Below are positions 16,350 through 26,789 of a stretch of DNA of 64,000 bases, piece after piece. The position numbers and the translations under genes were made by a program. The notes beneath the pieces were generated by a model that saw only the letters and a list, made by a program, of their open reading frames with translations, was not told the DNA's origin and did no database searches. Location: the sequence record MW825358.1; one strand, given 5' to 3'. How positions within the stretch are numbered: position 1 is the first letter of the stretch; every line of letters starts with the position of its first letter.

Positions 16350-18971
16350 ATGATCAACCTTATTATCAAGCGCGATGGCACCGTAGAACCCTTTGAAGCC
16401 GACAAGATCAACGGTTGGGGTGAGTGGGCCGCAGAATCCCTGGGTGGGATGGTCGATTGGACCTCGGTGGTCATGGAGACGGTGAAAGAACTGCCCGAAA
16501 CGTGCAGCAGTCGTGACCTGCAAAACGCGCTGATTAAGAACTGCCTGAATAAGAACAGCTGGTCCAACAACCGCATGGCCGGGCGCCTGTACGCCGCTGT
16601 GCTGCACAAGGACCTCTACGGTAAGGGTGAGCTGCCCACGATCCGTCAGGTCCACAGTAACTTGCAAGAGGCTGGGTTCATGACCACCTTGACTTACTCA
16701 GAAGAAGAGTATGCCAAGATTGAGAAGTTCATTAAGCACAAGCGTGACTTTGGCTATGCCCATTTCCAGCTCTACCATATCCGTTACAAGTACGCCTTGC
16801 GCAACCGCGTGAACGCCACGGAAATGGAAAGCCCGCAGTTTGTGTTCATGCGCATGGCCATGGCCTTGGCAGAGAACCGACCGGTGACCACCCGCCTGAC
16901 TGATGTCAAGGCCTTCTATGATCTGTTCTCCTTGAACGTGATCAATGCACCGACCCCCAATTACGTCAATCTGGGCACCAAGCACAACGGCTTTGCCAGC
17001 TGCTGCCTGATTACCAACTACGACACGGCCGAATCGATCGGTGTGGCAGACCACATTGCCTACACCATGACCTATATGTCCGCAGGTATCGGCCATAGCC
17101 TGCAAACGCGCTCGATCAAAGACCCGGTCCGGGGTGGTCTGATTGCCCACCAAGGTAAGTTCTTCTATCTGGATCGCCTGAAGGGCTCGATCAAGGCCAA
17201 CTTGCAAAACGGACGTGGTGGTGCCTGTACGGTCTACTACAACGCCTTTGATCCTGAAGCGGACATGCTGGCCCGCCTGAAGAATCCGATGACCCCGGCT
17301 GCCAAGCAGATTCGCGGTATGGATTACAACATGGTCGGCAACAAGTTCTTCGGACGCATGGCCGCCCGTGGCGAGCAGATGTTCACCTTCAACTGCTTTA
17401 CCGCTCCGGATCTGTACGATGCCTTCTATTCGGACGATGATGCGCTCTTTGCACGTTTGTACGCCAAGTATGAGGCTGATCCGAACTTCAAGAAGAACTA
17501 CGTCTCGGCCCGTGAAGTGGCCTTGGTGGGTTTGAACGAAGGTTATGAGACCGGGCGTGCATATCTGGCCTTTGCCGATGAGATCAATCGCCATACCCCC
17601 TACAAGGACCCGATCTACTCGTCCAACCTGTGTGCAGAGATCGTTGAGCCCACCCGGGGCTATGAGTACATGATTGATCTGTACCAGACCCAGGACGTGG
17701 GGTACAACAAGTTCATCACCACCGAAGGGGCTGAGTTCACCCTGACCGCCTCCCATCCTATCTTGCTCGATAACGGCAAGTACGGCTCAGGTCTGGACGC
17801 CAAGGCCGGTGTGCGCTTTATGGACAGCGAGGGGGCCTGGCACACAGTGCAAGAAACCTTGGAGTTCAAGCACGAGCCAGAAGTGGCCCTGTGCTCGCTG
17901 GCCGGGCTGGTGGTGTCTAATATCAAGAACGATGAAGAGTACGAGCGTGCGATGTACTACGCCCTGCTCATGATCGATATCTGCATCCACAAGTCCACCT
18001 ACGCCCTGCCGCATATCGGTCACACCGCCAAGGCGCGAATGGCCGCCGCTGTGGGTATGATGGATCTGGCGCATTACCTGGCCCGCAAGAAGCTCAAGTA
18101 CTCCACCAAGGCCGGTAAGGAAGAGATTCACCGGGTGGCAGAGCGGCACATGTACTTTGCCATCAAGTGCTCGCTGCGCTTGGGTAAGGAACTGGGTAAT
18201 GCCCCGTGGATTCACCGCACCAAGTACGCCGATGGTTGGCTGCCGATTGACACCTATCAAAAGGCGGTCGATAAGATCGTGCAGGTCCCGCTCCAGTACG
18301 ACTGGGAAGCCCTGCGTGGTGAGGTCAAGGCCAACGGCGGTATCCGCAACTCCTCGCTGGTGGCGTACATGCCAGGTGAGTCGTCCTCCAAGGCCTCCGG
18401 TACGGTCAATTCGATCTACCCGGCCCGTGAGCTGACGATCATGAAGACCGACGGCAATCTGACCACTTACTGGGCAGCGCCGAATTCGGACAAGCTGGGT
18501 CGTTTCTACGAACTGGCCTGGGATATCCCCACCCGCGATATGATCGAGGTCTACGGGATCTTCCAGAAGTTCACCGACCAGGCCATCTCGGCGGACCTGT
18601 TCCGCAAGATCGAAGGTTCAGAGAAGATCACCACCGATGAAATGCTGGAAGACTATTTCCACATGATGCGTGTGGGTATGAAGACCCGCTACTACATGAA
18701 CACCCACACTGCCAAGGCCGTCCAATTGGAAGGTGATCAGAAGGCAGTAGATGGTGTCGAAGAGCGTGCGCGTGAGATTGCCTACTACCGCTGGTTGCGG
18801 GACACAGGCGTGACCCACGGCTCTGAGGAAGCCAAGCTGTATCGTGCTTCTTTGGGGATCTACGTTGAATCTGATTACCTGCTGCATCTGTACCCCGAAG
18901 CCCTGCAAGAAGCCACCCAGGCACTTGAAGAGGATGCTTCTGGGTGCGGCTCGGGTGGTTGCACCCTGTAA
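16350..18971 (+). CDS. nrdA: ribonucleotide reductase class Ia alpha subunit
   Basis: N-terminal ATP cone, PTPNY, ASCCL, SSNLCAE, ALCSL, YMPGESSS, KTRYY, C-terminal CGSGGCTL. Confidence 0.95.
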   Translation: MINLIIKRDGTVEPFEADKINGWGEWAAESLGGMVDWTSVVMETVKELPETCSSRDLQNALIKNCLNKNSWSNNRMAGRLYAAVLHKDLYGKGELPTIRQVHSNLQEAGFMTTLTYSEEEYAKIEKFIKHKRDFGYAHFQLYHIRYKYALRNRVNATEMESPQFVFMRMAMALAENRPVTTRLTDVKAFYDLFSLNVINAPTPNYVNLGTKHNGFASCCLITNYDTAESIGVADHIAYTMTYMSAGIGHSLQTRSIKDPVRGGLIAHQGKFFYLDRLKGSIKANLQNGRGGACTVYYNAFDPEADMLARLKNPMTPAAKQIRGMDYNMVGNKFFGRMAARGEQMFTFNCFTAPDLYDAFYSDDDALFARLYAKYEADPNFKKNYVSAREVALVGLNEGYETGRAYLAFADEINRHTPYKDPIYSSNLCAEIVEPTRGYEYMIDLYQTQDVGYNKFITTEGAEFTLTASHPILLDNGKYGSGLDAKAGVRFMDSEGAWHTVQETLEFKHEPEVALCSLAGLVVSNIKNDEEYERAMYYALLMIDICIHKSTYALPHIGHTAKARMAAAVGMMDLAHYLARKKLKYSTKAGKEEIHRVAERHMYFAIKCSLRLGKELGNAPWIHRTKYADGWLPIDTYQKAVDKIVQVPLQYDWEALRGEVKANGGIRNSSLVAYMPGESSSKASGTVNSIYPARELTIMKTDGNLTTYWAAPNSDKLGRFYELAWDIPTRDMIEVYGIFQKFTDQAISADLFRKIEGSEKITTDEMLEDYFHMMRVGMKTRYYMNTHTAKAVQLEGDQKAVDGVEERAREIAYYRWLRDTGVTHGSEEAKLYRASLGIYVESDYLLHLYPEALQEATQALEEDASGCGSGGCTL

Positions 18972-19040
18972 GCATTGTTTCAGGACCCCGCCAGGCTCAA
19001 CCCCTGGCGGGACTGTTTCCTTCTTTAAGTCTATTGCCCC

Positions 19041-20201
19041 ATGACCGAACTCAAAACCCCCGTTGCCGCGCCGCTGGCAGCGGCCGTTGCGGTAGCCCTG
19101 CCGCAGAACATCTTTAACACTGCCAAGTCCGATTATGCCGGTACGGTGGATCAAAGTCTGTTCCTGGGTGAAGACCCGGGTCTGTTTGATACCGTTCATC
19201 GTAACTTTCCCAAGATCTGGGAACTGTACAAGACCATGAAGTCCTTAGACTGGGATGAACTGGAATTTGATTTCTCCAGCTGCAACCTGGAGTTCAAGAC
19301 TGCCTCTAAGGCCGTGGCCCAGTGCATGATCCGCACCCTGGCCTGGCAGTGGGAAGCTGACTCAGTGGCCGCCAACACCCTGTTGGTGGTGATGGCCCCG
19401 TTTATCTCCGCACCGGAGCTGCAAGCTGCCTACGGCCGCATCACCGATAACGAGGTTCTGCACGCCTCAACGTACTCTGAGATCGTGCGCTCTTCCTTTG
19501 ATGATCCCAACACCGTGCTCAATGAAGTGTTGCAGGTCAAAGAAGCCATGCAGCGTCTGCGTACCGTGGCTGAGGTGCTCTCCAAGGCCAAGCGCATTTC
19601 CTCAGAGCTGAGCTTGGGCCTGCGCAGTAAGGATGACCCGGAAGTCTATGACGCGATCCTCATGGCCGAGGTGGCGTTCTTGGTGCTGGAGCGCATTCAG
19701 TTCATGGCGTCCTTTGCGGTGACCTTTGCCATCGGTGAGACCGGTCTGTTCATGCCCATTGCCAAGGCAGTGCAGAAGATCTGTCAGGACGAGTACGAGA
19801 TCCACGTGCAGACCCATAAGGAAGTCTTGCTCCACGAACTGCGCCTGCCCCGCGGTAAGGAAGCCTTTGGTCGCCTGCGCCCGTTGATCAAGAAGTTGAT
19901 CGATGAGGTCACTCTGTCGGAGCTGACGTGGACGGAGTATGCGTTGGACGGTAATCCGTTGGTGGGCTTGACTGCGGCCAAGCTTAAGGAATGGGTGCTG
20001 TTCTCGGCCAAGGACGTCTATGAGTTCTTTGCCATCGGGGCGGAGTTTACCTTCCCCAAGGCCAACCCGCTGCCGTATATGGAGCGCTGGATGGATATGT
20101 CCAAGACTCAGGCCAGCCCGCAGGAACAGCAGAACGGCCAGTACAAGGTCAATGTGATTCAGCGCACCGACGAAGGTAAAGTGTTTCAGGTCGACTGGTA
20201 A
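19041..20201 (+). CDS. nrdB: ribonucleotide reductase class Ia beta subunit
   Basis: WDELEFD, QWEADS, NEVLH..TY, LERIQFMASF, QDEYEIH, SPQE di-iron/tyrosyl radical pattern; adjacent to nrdA. Confidence 0.95.
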   Translation: MTELKTPVAAPLAAAVAVALPQNIFNTAKSDYAGTVDQSLFLGEDPGLFDTVHRNFPKIWELYKTMKSLDWDELEFDFSSCNLEFKTASKAVAQCMIRTLAWQWEADSVAANTLLVVMAPFISAPELQAAYGRITDNEVLHASTYSEIVRSSFDDPNTVLNEVLQVKEAMQRLRTVAEVLSKAKRISSELSLGLRSKDDPEVYDAILMAEVAFLVLERIQFMASFAVTFAIGETGLFMPIAKAVQKICQDEYEIHVQTHKEVLLHELRLPRGKEAFGRLRPLIKKLIDEVTLSELTWTEYALDGNPLVGLTAAKLKEWVLFSAKDVYEFFAIGAEFTFPKANPLPYMERWMDMSKTQASPQEQQNGQYKVNVIQRTDEGKVFQVDW

Positions 20202-20235
20202 TGAAGCAACATTTCTAACCGATTAGGGTTCAACC

Positions 20236-20598
20236 ATGCTGTGCTACACGCTTTCGGGATACCGTATCCCGCTTTCAGCTGCAGGATACGGGGAAGTCCC
20301 CGATCATGTCCACATTGGCGATTTTGAATCAGCCTATGAGGCCATTAACGCATGCTTGAATCCAAGCCAAGCGGTGGGAGCAATGCCGAGCTATGTGGTG
20401 GTCCATTACCGCAATGGCACAGGCAGCTTTGCCACCATCGATCCCAAAGAAGCTTGGGGCTCGTGGGAGAAGTTTGCAGAACTCTTGCAAACCCACATTC
20501 TCGCCACACAGATCCAGTTGAACTTTGAGATGAGCCAAGATCGGGCCACTGAAGAGTTGATCGTTCGAGCCGTGGACAATAAACGGCTTAGTCACTAA
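20236..20598 (+). CDS. hypothetical protein
   Basis: 120-aa ORF followed by a hairpin element. Confidence 0.6.
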   Translation: MLCYTLSGYRIPLSAAGYGEVPDHVHIGDFESAYEAINACLNPSQAVGAMPSYVVVHYRNGTGSFATIDPKEAWGSWEKFAELLQTHILATQIQLNFEMSQDRATEELIVRAVDNKRLSH

Positions 20599-20603
20599 CG
20601 ACA

Positions 20604-20637
20604 GCATAACCCCCACCCTTCGGGGTGGGGTTTATGG
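20604..20637. terminator. CATA-hairpin-TATG element
   Basis: gcataa-cccccaccc-ttcg-gggtgggg-tttatgg. Confidence 0.65.
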
Positions 20638-20642
20638 CGGCC

Positions 20643-20652
20643 TAATTTATGA
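20643..20652 (+). promoter_or_regulatory. late-promoter candidate TAATTTATGA
   Basis: Identical 10-mer at 26790 before the paralogous structural gene; the phiKZ late consensus is TATG. Confidence 0.4.
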
Positions 20653-20679
20653 GCACTCTTTGACAACAGGAATAGGACC

Positions 20680-23600
20680 GTGTCTCAAATTCCATCTGAT
20701 GTATTGCAATATCTACTCGATGAGTTAAACGAACGCCAAGGGTTAGCACTGACCAAGGCCGACGTCACATTGAGTAGCCCGGCCGCTTATGCGGGAGGGG
20801 TTCGAAACACGGAAGTACGACTGACTGCGGCCACGAACAGTGGCGCTGCGCTCACCGTCTTGATTCATTACACTCGTCTGGACCTTGAGGTCCTGTTTGA
20901 CGAGCTGTCATTGACCTTTGAAGATTTCGGAGCCACCTCCACGCATGGACTGCTGCAGACCCTTGGGGATCTGCGCGGGGTGACGTTGGACCCGGCTGAG
21001 TTTATCGACTCACCTATCGAGCGTCCAGAAGATGCCGATACCTTGCTGGTGACCTTACAGCCACGCCCTGGGTCTTTGACCTTTACAGGCAGCTTACCGG
21101 TCACCTTGAACCTGTTCCCCTCCAATACGGTACCTCTGGCTTCGCTGATCGATCCGGTCAGTCCCAAGCTCATTGCCACCGCAGGGGTCAGTACTACTCA
21201 GGAGCTGGCTGCCTGGCTCAACACCACGTACGATTTGAATATCGAAGTGGCTGAGATTCAAAATGAACCCCTGGTGTCTAGCTACACCGAAGGCTATAAC
21301 CACCAGGTGACCCTGGCGGCCAAGGCCGGTTCTAAGTTCTACACCGGCGATGCTGATGTGACTTACCGCGAAGGCTATCAGTTGATTCGTGGTGTGACCT
21401 TGATTCCCTCCACCGGTGCCTCAGCTTATTCCACTGTTCCGCAGACCCGTTTCCAAGGTTCCACAAGTCGGGGTGTGGAAAACGTCAATACCAATACCGG
21501 TAAGACGGACGTGGTGGTTTCACTGGAGCAACTGAGTGAATCTTTGCCCTTGTGCGAAACCGTTTCGGTGGTAATTGCCTGGTTTGGCGATGATCAGCGC
21601 GCTGGTGTGTGCACGATCACACCACGTCTGGGCGTACAAGGGACAGAGAACCTGACCTTGCGCTATGAACCTGATGACTGGTCAGTGGCCGGTGTCACCC
21701 CTGCCAATGCGCTCAAGACCTCGGTGGTAGCTGGTTCGAACGTCTATGGCTCAACCCCTTCTGATGCTTCGATCATTCAGGTGATCCAACATCTGAAGTC
21801 GCTGGGCAAGCGGGTGGTGTTCTATCCGTTCTTGATGATGGATATCCAGTCCAACAACACCAAGCCCAATCCTTACTGGGATGGGTATCAGTCACCCAAC
21901 GTCTGGCGTGGCCGCGTTTCGTGCTACCCCGCACCGGGTGTGACCATCAAGGGTGTAAGCTCCCCTGATGGAACTGCCGAAGCTGGCAATCAGATTGATA
22001 CCTTCTTCAACAGCGAGTGGGGCTTTAAGCGCTATATCAACCACTATCGGGATCTGTGCGTCCAGGCCGGTGGTGTGGATGCGTTCTTGATTGGCTCTGA
22101 GATGATTGGTATTACGCACGTGCGTAGTGCGGCCAACACCTTTGCCGCAGCTGCCCACTTGAAGGAGCTGGCCGCAGGTGTTAAGGCGGCGATGCCCAAC
22201 TGTAAGGTCTCCTATGCCGCAGACTGGTCTGAGTACCATTCCAAGCAGTACAGCAATGGTGATCTGAAGTTCCCGCTGGATGAGGTGTGGGCTGATCCGA
22301 ACATCGACTTTATCGGCATTGACAATTACTTGCCCATCGCAGATTGCCGAGCCGATCAGGATCCTGCCCTGTGTCATGACATTGACTACCTGAAGAGTCA
22401 CATCGAAGGGGGCGAGTACTACGACTACTACTACATCGACCGGACCGCCGGTACGACTGGTGCGATCACCGATGGTGGGGGTAAACCGTGGGTGTATCGT
22501 CAAAAGGACATCCGTGGTTGGTGGAGTAATCGCCACTACCCGCGCAATGCCTATAATGAAACCAGCACTCCCACGGCGTGGCTGGCCGGCTCCAAGCCGG
22601 TATGGTTTACTGAGTTTGGTTGTGCGGCAGTGGACCGTGGTCCTAACCAGCCTAACGTGTTTTTAGATCCGAAGTCCTTTGAATCTGCTCTGCCTTACTT
22701 TTCCACCGGTGAGGTGGACATGCTGGCACAGCAGGCCTATATCACCGCGATGGTGGAATACTGGACCGAGCACGGCGGGGCGATGATCTCACCTGAGAAC
22801 ATGATTGCCTGGACCTGGGATGCACGACCCTTCCCGCAGTTCCCGCAACTCACCACCGTGTGGGGCGATGGCGGGAACTATCTGGGTGGTCACTGGGTGC
22901 AAGGGCGTTTGCCCGATTCCATTCCGGTGATGACCATTGCCGCAGGCAGTGACGGGGTGGCCGGTAGTCCGGTGAACTACACCTTGACTTTGGATAAGCC
23001 TTCGCTGATTGATCTGATTGTCAATCTGGGTTATGGCGGCACGGCAGTGTCGGGTACGGATTTCACCCCGCGTACGACTGTGACCGTTCCAGCAGGGCAG
23101 ACCAGCTTTAACTTCACTATCGCCACGATCGATACCGGTTTTGGTGAGGATGTCCACACCTTGCGTGTGTCAGTGGTTAAGGGCTTTGGTTACAAGTTGG
23201 GTGTGCCCAAAGATGCCACCTTGTCCATTACCGATAAGCCCTGGCCAGAAGTTCCGCCTGTCCCGTCAATCACCTTGGTGGGCGTGGGTGGTAACCGTAA
23301 CGAGAATGCCGGTACCAAGCAGTTCACGATTGTGCTCTCTGAGCGCACCACGATTGATCTGGTGGTCCCGATTGCCTATAACACCGGTGCTGCGGTTAGC
23401 TCGACCTATGGTGATGACTACACAGGTCCTGCCACCGTCACCGTGCCGGCCAATACGTTGCAGCAGAACTTCAACGTGTCCATCGTCGATGACAATATCT
23501 ACGAAGGGAATGAATCGGCACGCACCACCATCCAGGCAGGTACTGGGTACACGTTAGGTAGTACGGTCTCGGTGGTCTGGACGATTCTGGACAACGATGC

Positions 23601-26600
23601 CAAGCCGACCATGACCATTGCCAAGTTGAGTGATGGTACAGAAGGTAGCACGGGTCCTGGCTTTAGACTGACGGCCAACCGTCTGTCCAAGACCGCCACT
23701 AATGTGATCTTGGCTTACAGCGGTACAGCCACGGCAGGTACGGACTATACGGCACAAACCACAGTCACCTTGCCGGCTATGGCCAACAACGTGGACTTCT
23801 ACCTCTCGGTAGTGGATGACATGGTCAATGAAGGCAATGAGACCGTCATTGTCACGATCCAGCCGGATAATGCCTACACCGTGGGCGGTATGTCAAGTGC
23901 CACAGCCACGATCATTGATCGACACATCAATCCGAAGATTACGATCGCAGCTGCGGCTGCGCAGGTCACCGAAGGCGGTACGTTGAATGTCCGTATCAGT
24001 GCCGATCGTGCTCCGACCTCGGATCTGACTGTACAGCTGCAGTACGGCGGCACTGCGGTGCGGGGAACCGACTACACGCTCAGTTCTTCCACACCAACGG
24101 CAATGGTCCTACCAGCTGGCAGTACTACGTTGGATTTCACCATCACTGCCACGGCAGATCAGCTGGTGGAGCCAGAAGAGTCCATCGTCATCACAGTCGT
24201 CTCGGCCTCCGGTTACGACGTGGGTGATCCGGCTAGTACCACGATCCGCTTGCTGGATAATGATGGTACACCGACCGTCTCCATTGCGCGTAGCGGGCAG
24301 GAGAATGTCAATGAAGGTGACCGTGTAAACTTCACAGTAAGCACCACTAAGGCTTGGTCTACGGCGCGGCAGGTCAACCTGACCTTTGCAGGTACGGCCA
24401 CCAAGGGGACAGACTACACCTTGGTCAATGACTACGTCACAATCCCGGCAGGTCAAACCAGTGTTCAGGCGTATGTGGATATCGTCGATGACACGGCGGT
24501 GGAAGCAGATGAGACAATCATCTTGGGCATTGCGACCAATGCGGCCTACACGGTCAGTTCCACCAATGGCTCGATTCAGTACACGATCCTCAATACCGAT
24601 TCCTACCAGCGTCCGGTGGCTTCAATCACCAACCTCAGTAGCCAGTCGGTGGATGAGTCTCGCACTGAACCGCTGACCATGACGGTGGGCATTGGCTCTG
24701 TCCAAGGCACGGATACGACGGTCTATATCGCCTACAGTGGCACAGCGACTAAGGGTACCGATTACACGGCACCTGATTCGGTGGTGGTCCCGGCAGGACA
24801 GATCTCTGTCACTGCACAGATCCAGATCATCAACGATACGACCTACGAGTCCAGCGAGACGATCATCATCAATGTTCAGGCCAACGCCGCATATGACATT
24901 GCAGGTTCGCAAACGCCCATCACGATCACGATCGTGGATGATGACGGTCCTACGCAGGCGACCTTCAGTAGCTCCACGTATAAGGCGCCCACGCAGACCT
25001 TGTCTGACTCGAACCGTCGCACGACAGCCAACACCGATGTGGCAGGCTTTGTCTTGACAGACACTGTCAAGCGCACTGGTAAGTACTACGTAGAGTTGAC
25101 GTATATGGCCCAAGCCACAACCTCCTCCACCTCGTGTGCGGCAGGTATTGTGGTGGGTGCACCGGTGAATCTGACAGCTTACCTGGGCTCGCACAGCAAC
25201 GCCTACGGTACCTGGGCAGAAGGTACGGGTATCGACCGTCGTTGTAGCTACAACAACGCCTCGGCGACCAATGCCACCACAGGCAACGGTGCCCCGGCGG
25301 TGGGTCAGGTCTTCCGTATTGCGGTGGACATCGACGCCGGTCGAGTGTGGTTGGGTCGCTTGGGTAGTTCGGCTTGGTTAGGCGGTGGTGATCCTGCCAC
25401 TAACACCAGTCCGACCTACACCTTCACACCTAACTCAGTGGTGCGCTTTGGTGCTAACCCGCGTGGTGTGGACGGTTCGGTCTCGATTCGCGCCTACAAC
25501 GCATGGGTGTATGCGGCACCGGCAGGTTTTGGTATCTGGGACAATGTCTCGCAAGAGAATTGGCCGCGTGTGTCTACGGTCAACTACGGTTCGGTCCAGG
25601 AAGGCAATCCGATGACCTTCCAGCTGACGCTGGACAAGGCTGCTGCCGCAGACTTGCCGGTGAACTTGAGTTACGGTGGCACGGCAGTGAGGGGTACAGA
25701 TTACACCGCACCGACCTCACGCACTGTCACGGCAGGTAACTTGACCCAGCAATGGTCCATCAATACAGTCCCAGACAACAGCGCCTCCACCAACAAGACC
25801 TTGACTGTGACGGTCAACCCCGGCCCTGGTTACATCGTCGGTTCGCCGGCCACCGGTTCAGGTACGATCACCAACAACGCTGCGGAAAATCCGTTTGTCA
25901 ACACGGTGGCTCCGGCAGTGTCGGGTAATACGACCCCAGGCAGTACGTTGACAGTGTCTAACGGTACTTGGACAGGCGGTACGATCACCAGCTACGGGTA
26001 TGAGTGGTACCGCAATGGTTTCTTAACTGCGGTGAAAACACAGACCTACGTGATCGCTGCTAATGACGATATCGATACGGAGTTCTTCGCTCGGGTCTAT
26101 GCGAAGAGCGCTCGTCAGAACGTCCCGGCACAGTCTAACACGGTCAAGGTGACCGCACCGCCGGCTTCACTGCCGATGACGGCCACCTTTGTGGGCGCTG
26201 ACAACACGGATGTGACCACTCACGACTCGCGTCTGTCGTATATGGGCGATGTCTCCCCGATCTCGCTGATTATCGAGAATAATCAGATGGCCCCGGGTAA
26301 TGATGTCGGCGGTGCACAGTGTGTCTTCTTCAACAATGCGAAGATGACCCAAGGTGCACGCTCGTCTAAGATCACCATCGGTGGGACGGACAACAGCAGC
26401 TTCTTCTTGATCACGCTGATGACCGATGGCACGATGAGCCGTTACATCCAGTGGTATGGTACCAGCGGCTTTGCGGCGATCTACTGCCGCACCGGTGGTG
26501 AGGAAATGGAAGTGCCCAGCTCGGCACACTACCCGACCATTGTGGCCGGTGACGTGCTGGAGTTGAGTATCAATGCGGCCAATGATCAGCTGACCTTTAA

Positions 26601-26745
26601 GGTCAATGACGTGGTGGCTTGGACTGGTGCAATTCCGTCTAATATGGTTCCGGTGGGCGAGTACAGTGGCGCTGGTTACTACAGCGCTTCTCCGTACGAA
26701 GCTGCTCGAATTGTGGACATCACCATTAACGGTACGTTGAAGTAA
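20680..26745 (+). CDS. giant virion fibre/appendage protein: anchor domain + GTA-type TIM barrel + Calx-beta repeats + SPRY + Ig + lectin-like
   Basis: N-terminal domain shared with 26824 and the 49-52 kb paralogs; GTA TIM motifs (GSTPSDAS, YPFLMMD, FLIGSEM, YAADWSEY, IGIDNYLP, WFTEFGC, PNVFLDPKS.ES); ~7 GTDYT-type Calx-beta units; GKYYVEL SPRY motif. Confidence 0.85.
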   Translation: MSQIPSDVLQYLLDELNERQGLALTKADVTLSSPAAYAGGVRNTEVRLTAATNSGAALTVLIHYTRLDLEVLFDELSLTFEDFGATSTHGLLQTLGDLRGVTLDPAEFIDSPIERPEDADTLLVTLQPRPGSLTFTGSLPVTLNLFPSNTVPLASLIDPVSPKLIATAGVSTTQELAAWLNTTYDLNIEVAEIQNEPLVSSYTEGYNHQVTLAAKAGSKFYTGDADVTYREGYQLIRGVTLIPSTGASAYSTVPQTRFQGSTSRGVENVNTNTGKTDVVVSLEQLSESLPLCETVSVVIAWFGDDQRAGVCTITPRLGVQGTENLTLRYEPDDWSVAGVTPANALKTSVVAGSNVYGSTPSDASIIQVIQHLKSLGKRVVFYPFLMMDIQSNNTKPNPYWDGYQSPNVWRGRVSCYPAPGVTIKGVSSPDGTAEAGNQIDTFFNSEWGFKRYINHYRDLCVQAGGVDAFLIGSEMIGITHVRSAANTFAAAAHLKELAAGVKAAMPNCKVSYAADWSEYHSKQYSNGDLKFPLDEVWADPNIDFIGIDNYLPIADCRADQDPALCHDIDYLKSHIEGGEYYDYYYIDRTAGTTGAITDGGGKPWVYRQKDIRGWWSNRHYPRNAYNETSTPTAWLAGSKPVWFTEFGCAAVDRGPNQPNVFLDPKSFESALPYFSTGEVDMLAQQAYITAMVEYWTEHGGAMISPENMIAWTWDARPFPQFPQLTTVWGDGGNYLGGHWVQGRLPDSIPVMTIAAGSDGVAGSPVNYTLTLDKPSLIDLIVNLGYGGTAVSGTDFTPRTTVTVPAGQTSFNFTIATIDTGFGEDVHTLRVSVVKGFGYKLGVPKDATLSITDKPWPEVPPVPSITLVGVGGNRNENAGTKQFTIVLSERTTIDLVVPIAYNTGAAVSSTYGDDYTGPATVTVPANTLQQNFNVSIVDDNIYEGNESARTTIQAGTGYTLGSTVSVVWTILDNDAKPTMTIAKLSDGTEGSTGPGFRLTANRLSKTATNVILAYSGTATAGTDYTAQTTVTLPAMANNVDFYLSVVDDMVNEGNETVIVTIQPDNAYTVGGMSSATATIIDRHINPKITIAAAAAQVTEGGTLNVRISADRAPTSDLTVQLQYGGTAVRGTDYTLSSSTPTAMVLPAGSTTLDFTITATADQLVEPEESIVITVVSASGYDVGDPASTTIRLLDNDGTPTVSIARSGQENVNEGDRVNFTVSTTKAWSTARQVNLTFAGTATKGTDYTLVNDYVTIPAGQTSVQAYVDIVDDTAVEADETIILGIATNAAYTVSSTNGSIQYTILNTDSYQRPVASITNLSSQSVDESRTEPLTMTVGIGSVQGTDTTVYIAYSGTATKGTDYTAPDSVVVPAGQISVTAQIQIINDTTYESSETIIINVQANAAYDIAGSQTPITITIVDDDGPTQATFSSSTYKAPTQTLSDSNRRTTANTDVAGFVLTDTVKRTGKYYVELTYMAQATTSSTSCAAGIVVGAPVNLTAYLGSHSNAYGTWAEGTGIDRRCSYNNASATNATTGNGAPAVGQVFRIAVDIDAGRVWLGRLGSSAWLGGGDPATNTSPTYTFTPNSVVRFGANPRGVDGSVSIRAYNAWVYAAPAGFGIWDNVSQENWPRVSTVNYGSVQEGNPMTFQLTLDKAAAADLPVNLSYGGTAVRGTDYTAPTSRTVTAGNLTQQWSINTVPDNSASTNKTLTVTVNPGPGYIVGSPATGSGTITNNAAENPFVNTVAPAVSGNTTPGSTLTVSNGTWTGGTITSYGYEWYRNGFLTAVKTQTYVIAANDDIDTEFFARVYAKSARQNVPAQSNTVKVTAPPASLPMTATFVGADNTDVTTHDSRLSYMGDVSPISLIIENNQMAPGNDVGGAQCVFFNNAKMTQGARSSKITIGGTDNSSFFLITLMTDGTMSRYIQWYGTSGFAAIYCRTGGEEMEVPSSAHYPTIVAGDVLELSINAANDQLTFKVNDVVAWTGAIPSNMVPVGEYSGAGYYSASPYEAARIVDITINGTLK

Positions 26746-26748
26746 CAG

Positions 26749-26786
26749 AACAGAGCCCCTCCGAAAGGAGGGGCTCTGTTTTATGG
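26749..26786 (+). terminator. hairpin-TATG element after the 2021-aa gene
   Basis: aacagagcccctcc-gaaa-ggaggggctctgtt-ttatgg. Confidence 0.7.
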
Positions 26787-26789
26787 CGT

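Noticed and set aside
17697-17879. Functional intein in nrdA
   Set aside because: No N-terminal Cys/Ser, no terminal His-Asn/Gln plus nucleophile, and too short; kept only as a relic finding
21380-22915. Gene transfer agent cluster
   Set aside because: Only one GTA-like domain, fused inside a fibre; no GTA terminase, portal or capsid genes nearby
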